Positions 1 through 8,205 of a stretch of 64,000 bases of DNA are shown piece after piece (the first letter of the stretch is position 1; every line of letters starts with the position of its first letter). Made by a program: the position numbers and the translations under genes. Source of the DNA: an uncultured Gammaproteobacteria bacterium. Lineage in GTDB: Bacteria > Patescibacteriota > Microgenomatia > UBA12405. Below the pieces are notes generated by a model. The model searched no databases and was not told the origin of the DNA. It saw only the letters and a program-made list of their open reading frames with translations. The stretch lies in contig CAZSCX010000001.1 of the NCBI GenBank assembly GCA_964605545.1, forward strand, positions 16,148 to 80,147. Reading direction: 5' to 3'.

Positions 1-145
1 ACCTGGAAGAATTGGAGATAAAAATAGTTTTGCCCCGAATTTTTTGATAAAAAACGGGGCAAATTTAGTGATGGAAGTAGATGATCTTGTGTTATAATCG
101 GCCAAATGAATCTTAAAGAGATGGGTCGGGAGGTGAAAAAATTTC

Positions 146-391
146 TTGATGAAGGTGGAGATTAACACGATGATATCTCCAAGGAAGGATACGGTTGTTT
201 ATCGAGTATTTAAGAATGAAGATGATAAGATTGGAAAATTTATTGGTTATAGTCAATATCTTGATCCGACAGCAAGTAATATTATTGCCGAAGCTAAGGA
301 AAAATTATTTGATGATAATTATAAAATCCAATTGATTATAGTAGATAGAGAAACAAATAAACAAAAGGGGATTTTTTTAATTAAGGGTTGA
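146..391 (+). CDS. small hypothetical protein (81 aa)
   Basis: Intact ORF upstream of topA; no recognizable motif. Confidence 0.3.
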   Translation: MMKVEINTMISPRKDTVVYRVFKNEDDKIGKFIGYSQYLDPTASNIIAEAKEKLFDDNYKIQLIIVDRETNKQKGIFLIKG

Positions 392-408
392 CAGGCTTGA
401 TACAATAA

Positions 409-2364
409 TTGACAATGACTATAATGCCCAAGCTTTTAATTGTGGAGTCGCCGACCAAGGCGCGAACAATAAGTAAATATTTAGGAAAAGATTTTGAAGT
501 AGTAGCTACTATTGGCCATTTGAGAGATTTACCGACGAATAAGATGGGGGTGGATCTAAAAAGTTTTGATGTCGATTATGTAGTTGATGGTAAAAAGAAA
601 AAGGTAGTGGATGAAATAAAAAGGATGGCCAAAAAAGCGGGTGAGATTTATTTGGCTTCAGACCCTGATCGTGAAGGAGAGGCAATTTCTTGGCATGTGA
701 AGTATTTGATTGATCGGAGTGATGCTAAAAGAGTTAGTTTTCACGAAATTACCAAGGATGCGATTATGGAGGCCTTAGCTAGCCCTCGAGAAATTGATAT
801 GGATTTAGTTAATGCCCAACAGGCCAGAAGAATATTGGATAGGGTGGTGGGTTATAGTTTGTCGCCGGTGTTGTGGAAAAAAGTGAGAAGAGGTTTAAGT
901 GCTGGAAGAGTACAATCAGTGGCGGTGAGATTGATTGTCGAAAGAGAAAAAGAAATCGAAAATTTTAAAAAGGAAAAGTATTATCAAATTAGTGCCTTGG
1001 TAAAAGAAGGGTTCATGGCTGATTTAGCCAAGATTGACGGTAAAAATATTTATATTACTGAAAAATTAAAGTTATTTGATGGAGATTATAAATTTTCAAA
1101 AACAATACTGGATAAAGATAAGAGTGCCGATTTTGTTAAAGGTTTGGGTAAGGAATTTGTAGTAGAAAAAATAAGCGGAAGAGAGTTAATCAAGACACCA
1201 TTGCCGGCTTTTACAACTTCTAAATTGCAACAGATGGCAGCTAGAAGATTTGGTTGGAGTGGTAAACAGACAATGAGTGTGGCGCAAAAACTTTACGAAA
1301 AGGGTTTAATTACTTATCATCGAACCGATTCTGTTTATCTTTCTGATAAGGCAATGGTTGAGATGAGAAAATTTATTGAAGAAAAATACGGGAATGAATA
1401 TTTGTCTTCAAAGGTTAGGGTTTATCGAAATACAGCCAAAAATGCTCAAGAAGCTCATGAAGCGATTAGGCCGACAAATGTTAATTTGGTTTCGATTGAA
1501 AGCGATGCCCGTGAAATAAAATTGTATGATTTGATTTGGAAAAGAGCAGTGGCTACACAGGGGGCAGGGGCAAGAATGGAGAATACTACAGTAGAACTAT
1601 CTAATGGTAATGGTTTATTTGTAGCCAGAGGGGTAAGAATGTTGTTTGATGGTTTTATGAGAATTAATGGTGAAAAGCATGAGGATCAAATTTTGCCAAA
1701 ATTAAATAAGGGTGATAAGTTGGGATTAAAGGAAATAAAAGAGATTGAGTCAGAGACAATGGCACCACCAAGATATACCGATGCCAGTTTGGTATCAAGT
1801 TTAGAAAAACAGGGAATAGGCCGGCCGAGTACTTATGCGCCGATTATTTCAACGATTATTATGAGGCAATATGTGGAGAGAGATGAGGGAAGATTTAAGC
1901 CAACAAGTTTGGGAAAGGCGACTTGTGAATATTTAGTAAAGAATTTTGATGATATTATGTCTTTACCTTTTACGGCTGAGATGGAGGAGGATTTGGATTT
2001 GGTGTCTTTGGGAAAAATGGAATGGAAAACGATGATGAAGAAGTTTTATGGTGATTTTGAAAAAGAGGTGAAAGAAGCGACCGATAATTCGGACAGGGTA
2101 AAAGTGGAGACGGAGTCTTTAGGAAAAAAGTGTCCTGAGTGTAAAGAAGGAGACTTGGTGATTAGATTGGGAAGATTCGGAAAATTTATTTCTTGTTCTA
2201 GATTTCCGGAGTGTAAATTTACCGATCGATATTCGGAAGATGCTGGTTTTAAATGTCCAGAATGTGGGGCACCAGGAGTGGTAAGAAAAACAAAAACCGG
2301 AAGGAAGTTTTATGGTTGTTCGAAATATCCGAAATGTAAGTGGGCAGCTTGGAAAAAACCGTGA
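409..2364 (+). CDS. topA: DNA topoisomerase I
   Basis: N-terminal Toprim segment (LLIVESPTKARTISKYLG...ATIGHLRDLP) and C-terminal repeated C4 zinc ribbons (CPECKEGDLV..., CPECGAPGVV...). The start may instead be the internal MPKLL. Confidence 0.9.
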   Translation: MTMTIMPKLLIVESPTKARTISKYLGKDFEVVATIGHLRDLPTNKMGVDLKSFDVDYVVDGKKKKVVDEIKRMAKKAGEIYLASDPDREGEAISWHVKYLIDRSDAKRVSFHEITKDAIMEALASPREIDMDLVNAQQARRILDRVVGYSLSPVLWKKVRRGLSAGRVQSVAVRLIVEREKEIENFKKEKYYQISALVKEGFMADLAKIDGKNIYITEKLKLFDGDYKFSKTILDKDKSADFVKGLGKEFVVEKISGRELIKTPLPAFTTSKLQQMAARRFGWSGKQTMSVAQKLYEKGLITYHRTDSVYLSDKAMVEMRKFIEEKYGNEYLSSKVRVYRNTAKNAQEAHEAIRPTNVNLVSIESDAREIKLYDLIWKRAVATQGAGARMENTTVELSNGNGLFVARGVRMLFDGFMRINGEKHEDQILPKLNKGDKLGLKEIKEIESETMAPPRYTDASLVSSLEKQGIGRPSTYAPIISTIIMRQYVERDEGRFKPTSLGKATCEYLVKNFDDIMSLPFTAEMEEDLDLVSLGKMEWKTMMKKFYGDFEKEVKEATDNSDRVKVETESLGKKCPECKEGDLVIRLGRFGKFISCSRFPECKFTDRYSEDAGFKCPECGAPGVVRKTKTGRKFYGCSKYPKCKWAAWKKP

Positions 2365-2374
2365 TAATAATGGG

Positions 2375-2704
2375 TTAACAATCCATTATTAATGCATTAA
2401 AAACTAAAGGTAAGATAATTAGTAGTGCTATTATGGCGATAATGATTGTCAGTATTTGTTTTCCTGTAGAAAAACCATGTTTTTTGAGAAATATAGGCAA
2501 TTGAGTAATTGTTACAAAAACTAATATCCCGAAGCTAAGGAAGAAAGTTAAGAAAGCTGGTACAATGGTGTCTATTCCTTTTCCAAAGATCCACATTTTT
2601 GCAAATATTACCAATAGTATTATTGGTAATATTTGCACAGTTATTAATGCTAATGAAAGGATTATATTTTTAGTAGGTTTAACAAAATTAGTTGTGCTTT
2701 CCAT
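2375..2704 (-). CDS. small polytopic membrane protein
   Basis: Hydrophobic 3-4 TM profile. The track ORF 2375..2803 overlaps the upstream gene by 92 nt, so an internal ATG at 2704 is assumed as the start. Confidence 0.35.
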   Translation of the reverse strand: MESTTNFVKPTKNIILSLALITVQILPIILLVIFAKMWIFGKGIDTIVPAFLTFFLSFGILVFVTITQLPIFLKKHGFSTGKQILTIIIAIIALLIILPLVFNALIMDC

Positions 2705-2711
2705 AATTAGT

Positions 2712-4865
2712 TTATAACTTCTTTCCCCAATGTTCTCTAGAGATGCGGATGACTTTGTCACGCTGTTGATTCTTGCAGGAAAGTGGGGGTAGGGTAGTGG
2801 CATAGAAGGGCTGGGTGGTTTCGGAATCGATGGATAGTTTGCAAATTATTTGATATTTTCCAATTTTTATTAAATCTTCAGGCGGAAAATTGGGACCAAA
2901 TTCTTTGGAAAGAACATAGGCGTCCTGGTTGCCGACAACAAAAGACATCATGGAGCCAACGTTACCAAAGATGGCGTCTTGAATAGTACGGTCGAGCTGG
3001 GCCATATATTGATTGGCGACAATTAAATTTAATTTGAATTTTCTGGCCTCTGATAAAATTTTTATGAAAGCTTCAGTGGCAAAATTTTGAAATTCGTCGA
3101 CATAAAGATAAAAATCAGATCGTTCATCCGATGTCTGGAAAACCCGATTCATGGCAGAGAGTTGAATTTGGGTAATCAACATAGCACCTAAAAGAGCTGA
3201 GTTATCTTCGCCCAATTTACCATTGCTTAAATCGGCAATTAGGATCTTTTTTTGGTCCATTATGTCGGTAATATTGACTTTAGATTTGGCGTGGGCGATG
3301 GTATTTCTAATGTTAGTTGAGGAAATAAATTGACCAACTTTATTGAGAATTGGAGAAATTGATTCTTGTTGAAATTTTGGATCCATTTTTTCAAATTCAT
3401 TTTTCCAAAAATTGATTAAAGTCTGGTTTTTTAAATTGGCAATGACTTTCTCGCGAAAGTTTTTGTTGGTCAAAATTTCAACGATGTGAGTCATGTTGGT
3501 ATCGGGAGTATTGACAAGAGTAAGGAGGGTGTTTCTTAAAATGTGTTCTAATCGTGGCCCCCAGGAAACATTGCCATATAGCTTTTTAAAAATAGAAATT
3601 ACACCGGAGGCAACCAATTCTTTTTGAGATTCATTTTGAGCTTCGAGAACGTTGAGAGGATAGACGTATTGGGGATCGGCGGGATTAAAATAACAGACAT
3701 CGTTTATTCTATTTGAAGGAATATAATCCAAAATGGTATTACATAAATCACCGTGAGGATCGATAATGGCGACGCCTCGGCCTTTACGGATATCATCAAT
3801 GGCCATGTTGGCTATTAAAGTAGTTTTACCGGTACCGCTTTTTCCAATGATATAAGTATGGCGACGACGATCTTCACCTTCTTCGATACCAAAAATAGTC
3901 TCTTTGTTGTGAAATTCGGTTTTGGCAAAAAAAGTTATTTTATTTTTTTCTTCACTGGATAAATTATCGGCAATGGGTAGATTTTCGGGAGGATCGGCAT
4001 AAAGTTTCTTACCCCAGGCGATGTTGGGAAGTTTACTTAGGGCTCCAGGGAAATGCCAGAGGGCGGCCAATTCTTCAACATTTAAGATTTGATGTTTCAG
4101 TGATTGAGTGAATTTGCGAGAAAGAGCGCAGGTGGTGATTTTATTTTTGCCAAAGAAACCAGGAGATTGAGTTTTGAGATAATTGCCACGGGGAGAGGTG
4201 TAGGTACCAAAAGAGGAAGAGACGGCTTCAATTAAAGATGGATTGTTAGAAATTAAGTTTATTTGAGCTTCAAGGCCGGGAAATTGAATTTTTTGTTCGA
4301 ATATGGCTTTGTCGGGATGAGCAGTACGGATATTTTTTTCTTTATCAACAACAATACCATTTTGAATGGTGGAAAGAATGGAATGTTGCCAAGAGCGGGA
4401 AGCGGTAGCTAAAAGGATTTGATAGACAAAAAAGTCGTCTGGCTTGATAGATCGGGAAATGGGGGAGAGAACGGAATTTAAGGGATCGGTATCTTTGAAA
4501 TCTTTGGCGGTTTTGATGGGGTAATAATAAGAGCGGGATAATCCCATTTGGGTAACTTTTATATCTGGATTCAAATATTCTTGAGACTGTTTAATGATGG
4601 CACTGTTATATTGGGCGAGAATCTGAGAACGGAAAAATTCAATACTGGAACTGGGGACAGCGACGTAAAAACGGACTTGACCATTTTGAAGAACGATTTC
4701 CAAAGAAGCAAGTGTTCTTTTTCTTTTTAATAATTTATCAAGAAATGATCCTGGGGTAAATTGGGTGAAATTTGATAGAAGAGAGGACATTGATTCGGGA
4801 CTGAATTCATTTTCTTGAGGAAGACGAACTTCTAATAAGGTGAAATTTTCAGATACTGCGGGCAT
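2712..4865 (-). CDS. P-loop ATPase of the FtsK/HerA/VirB4/VirD4 (T4SS coupling-protein-like, AAA_10) superfamily
   Basis: Walker A IIGKSGTGKTTLIANMA followed by IIDPHGDL, Walker B FYLYVDEFQNF, and an EARKFKLNLIVANQ arginine-finger/Q motif typical of this clade. There are no N-terminal TM helices. Confidence 0.55.
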   Translation of the reverse strand: MPAVSENFTLLEVRLPQENEFSPESMSSLLSNFTQFTPGSFLDKLLKRKRTLASLEIVLQNGQVRFYVAVPSSSIEFFRSQILAQYNSAIIKQSQEYLNPDIKVTQMGLSRSYYYPIKTAKDFKDTDPLNSVLSPISRSIKPDDFFVYQILLATASRSWQHSILSTIQNGIVVDKEKNIRTAHPDKAIFEQKIQFPGLEAQINLISNNPSLIEAVSSSFGTYTSPRGNYLKTQSPGFFGKNKITTCALSRKFTQSLKHQILNVEELAALWHFPGALSKLPNIAWGKKLYADPPENLPIADNLSSEEKNKITFFAKTEFHNKETIFGIEEGEDRRRHTYIIGKSGTGKTTLIANMAIDDIRKGRGVAIIDPHGDLCNTILDYIPSNRINDVCYFNPADPQYVYPLNVLEAQNESQKELVASGVISIFKKLYGNVSWGPRLEHILRNTLLTLVNTPDTNMTHIVEILTNKNFREKVIANLKNQTLINFWKNEFEKMDPKFQQESISPILNKVGQFISSTNIRNTIAHAKSKVNITDIMDQKKILIADLSNGKLGEDNSALLGAMLITQIQLSAMNRVFQTSDERSDFYLYVDEFQNFATEAFIKILSEARKFKLNLIVANQYMAQLDRTIQDAIFGNVGSMMSFVVGNQDAYVLSKEFGPNFPPEDLIKIGKYQIICKLSIDSETTQPFYATTLPPLSCKNQQRDKVIRISREHWGKKL

Positions 4866-4910
4866 ACAAGTATTTTATCATTAAATCCCCCGATTCGCTT
4901 TGCTCATCTG

Positions 4911-4990
4911 CCCCCTTTGACGAAAGGGGGCCAAAATAAAAATAATGAATATGTTCCCCTTTTGTCAAAGGGGAAAGCCCCGAAGGGGAA
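4911..4990. other. three consecutive GC-rich hairpins (ccccctttgacgaaaggggg; ccccttttgtcaaagggg; ccccgaagggg)
   Basis: Perfect short palindromes read directly from the sequence in an AT-rich context, immediately upstream of the 2712..4865 start. Confidence 0.4.
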
Positions 4991-5232
4991 GGGGATTTGT
5001 ATGTGTATCAAATATGTATCTTGAAAATTTAAGAAAAAAGTAGTAAAATATGAATAATAAAATTATATAAGACTAAAGCTAAAGCTGTTTTAGGATTTTT
5101 ATATAGTTTTTGGTTCTTTAACAACCCGACAAATATCAAACAAAAAATGTAGTTTTTGCGACCCGATGGGGTTCTATCTGCCCTAGAGCTCGATCGGGTT
5201 GCAAAACTCAAAAATTTTGTAGGAGGTAGTGA

Positions 5233-5322
5233 ATGAAGAGAATGGTTATTGTTGTATTTTTGGTTTTAGTTCATGGTGAATTCAAATTCACTAAAGGAGG
5301 CGTGAGACAGGAGGTGAGCTGA
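5233..5322 (+). CDS. unannotated 29-aa ORF with strong Shine-Dalgarno (AGGAGG-6nt-ATG)
   Basis: aggaggtagtgaATG...; encodes MKRMVIVVFLVLVHGEFKFTKGGVRQEVS and is not in the ORF track. Confidence 0.2.
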   Translation: MKRMVIVVFLVLVHGEFKFTKGGVRQEVS

Positions 5323-5323
5323 T

Positions 5324-5464
5324 ATGAGACAACGAAGAGTTGTACAAACCAGCACGCCCCGGCGGAATCCTGGAGAGACGTTTAAGAATTACATGAAACG
5401 TATTCATCAGGTAGACAATGAGAGAAAGGCAAAAGAAAAAGGGGGACAAAATGGAAGAAAATAA
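5324..5464 (+). CDS. unannotated 46-aa basic ORF with Shine-Dalgarno (AGGAGG-9nt-ATG)
   Basis: caggaggtgagctgatATG; encodes MRQRRVVQTSTPRRNPGETFKNYMKRIHQVDNERKAKEKGGQNGRK. Confidence 0.2.
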   Translation: MRQRRVVQTSTPRRNPGETFKNYMKRIHQVDNERKAKEKGGQNGRK

Positions 5465-5636
5465 TTTTTTTTCTATTGATTGTCCTAGTTGTGGAACACC
5501 GATTTCTGTTCCGTATTGGGGCAGGAATGTTGTGTGTCCATCATGTGGGGGATCTGTACCTCACACAACTGTAGTTGGGGCTGAGATACACCACAAGTGT
5601 TGTCTTTTGGCCAAGAAAGGGGGAAATAATGAATAA
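5452..5636 (+). CDS. small zinc-ribbon protein (CPSCG...CPSCGG)
   Basis: Two CxxC pairs. The start is placed at MEENNFF, which has a GGGGGA RBS 5 nt upstream; the track ORF starts at 5418. Confidence 0.35.
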
Positions 5637-5829
5637 TATTTCAAAACCCTTGAGTGGTGCAGCAAAGATATCTCATGACAAAAAACTACAAAAACAACAG
5701 CCAATTGAAGTTGAATGTTTTTGTTGTTGGACTGTCAACAAAGTTCCACAGCAAGGAAAAGTTATGTGTAAAGACTGTGGAACTGACTTAACATTTCACA
5801 GAGATGTTAAGTTAAAAAAAAGCGTTTAA
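5629..5829 (+). CDS. small zinc-ribbon protein (CFCC...CKDCG)
   Basis: The start is placed at MNNISKPL with an AAGGGGGA RBS. It overlaps the previous stop by 8 nt, which suggests translational coupling. Confidence 0.35.
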   Translation: MNNISKPLSGAAKISHDKKLQKQQPIEVECFCCWTVNKVPQQGKVMCKDCGTDLTFHRDVKLKKSV

Positions 5830-5917
5830 TCTGGCCGGTTAAAATAGGAGAGAGGGAGGGGTGTCTTTGCAAAACTAGATACGAGTCATTATCGTATGAC
5901 AAATCCCTTCTCTCTCT

Positions 5918-5948
5918 CCAAACTTTTGGTTTGGAGCTTTGTTTTTTT
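5918..5948 (+). terminator. rho-independent terminator (ccaaacttttggtttgg + T-run)
   Basis: Perfect 6-bp stem with a tttt loop followed by agctttgttttttt, directly after the zinc-ribbon ORFs. Confidence 0.6.
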
Positions 5949-6065
5949 AGTTTAGTGTTTTTTTAGTTTTTGTTTGGTTTCCTGTCGGGTTGTTTTTGTT
6001 TTTTCCTTTTATGTGTAACAAATGCGTACTTGTTTTTTTATATTAGCTTGATAAAATAGGTTAAT

Positions 6066-6260
6066 ATGGCAAAAGAAAAAAAACAAATAATCCCTGTTCA
6101 AAAGCATTGTTTTACTTGTGATACCGATCGTGTTGTTGCAATAGGATTGGGTGATCATCCTCATAAAATGACAAAATATGGAAGAATTGATATTTGTCCT
6201 GGTTGTGATGGGCCATTATCTGATATTAAACCTCAAGAAAATAGCGTAGGTGTGATATAA
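6066..6260 (+). CDS. small zinc-ribbon protein (CFTCD...CPGCDG)
   Basis: Two CxxC pairs, 64 aa. Confidence 0.4.
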   Translation: MAKEKKQIIPVQKHCFTCDTDRVVAIGLGDHPHKMTKYGRIDICPGCDGPLSDIKPQENSVGVI

Positions 6261-6329
6261 TCCTAAGAGTTTTATTAATGATTCGTCCGCCAACTGGCGG
6301 ATTGGCGATACCCTGGGTGAAAGCCCGCC

Positions 6330-7169
6330 GTGTCTAAAAGGGTAAAAAGTATGGCAAAAAAAATATTAAAAAAAGTTTTAAAAAACAAAAAAGCGACTTC
6401 GATTAAAAAAGAGAAAGAAATAGTTAAAGAAAAAGAAAAGAAACTTGTAAATGTAGTGGTGAATGGGGAAAAAGTTAAAGAAGATAAGAAATATAATCTA
6501 ACTATTGGGATAAAAGATTTATTTGATGCCGGTTGTCACTTGGGACACAAGATTTCCAAGACTCATCCAAAAGCAAGAACAAATATTTATATTGCTAAAG
6601 ATGGAATTGAAATAATCAATTTGGAAAAAACAATTAAGGCTTTAGAAAAAGCATGTAATTATATTTATAATGCCAGAAGAAACGGTAAAAGTGTTTGTTT
6701 ACTTGGTACAAAAAGACAAGCAAAAGAGGTTATTCGTCGAGTAGCTTTGGATGCAGGTGTGCCCTATGTAACAGAAAGATGGTTGGGTGGAACAATTACT
6801 AATTGGGATCAAATTAAGAAGAATATTAAGAGATTGAAAGATTTGAAAGAGGGTTTTGAAAAGGATAAGTTTATTGAAAATACTAAAAAAGAACAAAGTG
6901 AAATGAAAAAAGAGATTTCTAGATTGGAAAGAATTGTTGGTGGGTTAGAAAAAGCCGATAGACTTTTTGATATTTTATTTGTTGTGGATGCTGGTTTTGA
7001 AAAAACGGCTATTAAAGAAGCAATTTTGAGAAAAATCAAAACTGTTGCGATTACTGATACTGATTGTAATCCAAATATTGTTGATTTTGCTATTCCTTCA
7101 AATGAAGATAATGTAAAAGCTGTTAATATAATAGTAGAGGAGATTGGTAGAGCTATTAAATCTGCCTAA
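6330..7169 (+). CDS. rpsB: 30S ribosomal protein S2 with ~55-aa Lys-rich N-terminal extension
   Basis: LFDAGCHLGHKISKTHPKARTNIYIAKDGIEIINLEKT and the rest of the S2 core; it is followed by tsf. Confidence 0.9.
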   Translation: MSKRVKSMAKKILKKVLKNKKATSIKKEKEIVKEKEKKLVNVVVNGEKVKEDKKYNLTIGIKDLFDAGCHLGHKISKTHPKARTNIYIAKDGIEIINLEKTIKALEKACNYIYNARRNGKSVCLLGTKRQAKEVIRRVALDAGVPYVTERWLGGTITNWDQIKKNIKRLKDLKEGFEKDKFIENTKKEQSEMKKEISRLERIVGGLEKADRLFDILFVVDAGFEKTAIKEAILRKIKTVAITDTDCNPNIVDFAIPSNEDNVKAVNIIVEEIGRAIKSA

Positions 7170-7177
7170 TTTAAAAT

Positions 7178-7636
7178 ATGGATAATAAAAAAATAATCGA
7201 ACAAGTTAAGAAACTCAGAGAAGAACTGGGTTTGGGAATTATGGAAATAAAGGCGGCTTTGGAAGCGGCCAAGGGTGATGAAAAAAAAGCTAAAGAAATT
7301 TTGAAAGAACAAGGTTTTAAAAAAGCCGAAAAAAGAACAGAAAAAGAAACTCATCAGGGTAGAGTGGCGACTTATACACATGCTACCGGAAAAGTTGGAG
7401 TAATGGTGGAATTGCTTTGTGAAACTGATTTTGTCGCTAAAAATGAAGAATTTTTGGCTTTAGCTAAAGATTTATGTTTACAGGTGGCAGCTATGGAACC
7501 AAAAGATACCAAGGCTTTATTGACCCAGGAATTTATTAAAGATCCATCTAAAAAAGTGGATGAATTGATAAAAGCTCTGATAGCTAAATTTGGTGAAAAT
7601 ATAAAATTAGGAAGAATTGAAAGATTTGAAATTTGA
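7178..7636 (+). CDS. tsf: elongation factor Ts (short form)
   Basis: N-terminal UBA-like segment IMEIKAALEAAKGDEKKAKEILKEQG and the conserved rpsB-tsf synteny. Confidence 0.85.
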   Translation: MDNKKIIEQVKKLREELGLGIMEIKAALEAAKGDEKKAKEILKEQGFKKAEKRTEKETHQGRVATYTHATGKVGVMVELLCETDFVAKNEEFLALAKDLCLQVAAMEPKDTKALLTQEFIKDPSKKVDELIKALIAKFGENIKLGRIERFEI

Positions 7637-7651
7637 TATACTGAGACTAGT

Positions 7652-8203
7652 ATGTTGAACTTTAATGATATAAAGATCCGGATGGATAAAATTGTTAGTA
7701 TTTTTTTGGAAGATATTGCTTCGATTAGAACGGGACGGGCAACTCCGGGATTGATAGAAAATGTGGTGGTGACGGTTTATGGTGGTCAAAAAATGAAATT
7801 GATTGAATTGGGAAGTATTGGAGTATCCGATGCTAGGACTTTGACTTTTCAACCATGGGATATGTCAATTATTCGAGAAATAAGTAATGGGATAGCGGCG
7901 GCCAATATTGGAATGAATCCTGCTATAGATGGACAGATTATCCGAATGAGTTTGCCGATGATGACGGTAGAACAAAGAGACGATTATATTAAAATGCTGG
8001 GACGTAAATTGGAAGGAGCGAGGGTGATGATCAGAGATGCCAGGGGTGATTTTAGAAAGGGATTGGTTGATGCTAAAAATGAAAAAACAATTTCTGAAGA
8101 TGAATTCAAAAAAGATGAAACGGAATTGCAGAAAATAACCGATGAATACATAAAAAAATTAGAGGAAAAGGCAGGGAAAAAGGAGATAGAAATTCGAGGA
8201 TAG
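7652..8203 (+). CDS. frr: ribosome recycling factor
   Basis: IRTGRATPGLIENVVVTVYGG and the coiled-coil remainder; 183 aa. Confidence 0.9.
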   Translation: MLNFNDIKIRMDKIVSIFLEDIASIRTGRATPGLIENVVVTVYGGQKMKLIELGSIGVSDARTLTFQPWDMSIIREISNGIAAANIGMNPAIDGQIIRMSLPMMTVEQRDDYIKMLGRKLEGARVMIRDARGDFRKGLVDAKNEKTISEDEFKKDETELQKITDEYIKKLEEKAGKKEIEIRG

Positions 8204-8205
8204 AT

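Noticed and set aside
375-400. ttgaca ... tacaat promoter-like hexamers before topA.
   Set aside because: The spacing between the hexamers is about 7 nt, not 16-18, so it is not a credible sigma-70 promoter as arranged.
4548-4730. Numerous short antisense or out-of-frame track ORFs inside well-supported genes (e.g. 4548..4730, 6699..7039, 11036..12087, 15218..15773, 22315..22835, 29048..30525, 37673..37888, 59266..60945).
   Set aside because: They overlap conserved genes on the opposite strand or in another frame, have no motifs or RBS, and show low-complexity composition. Treated as spurious.
5029-5211. 60-aa minus-strand ORF in the GC-rich segment.
   Set aside because: The region is better explained by RNA secondary structure and plus-strand SD-driven micro-ORFs. 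The protein is low complexity with no start context.
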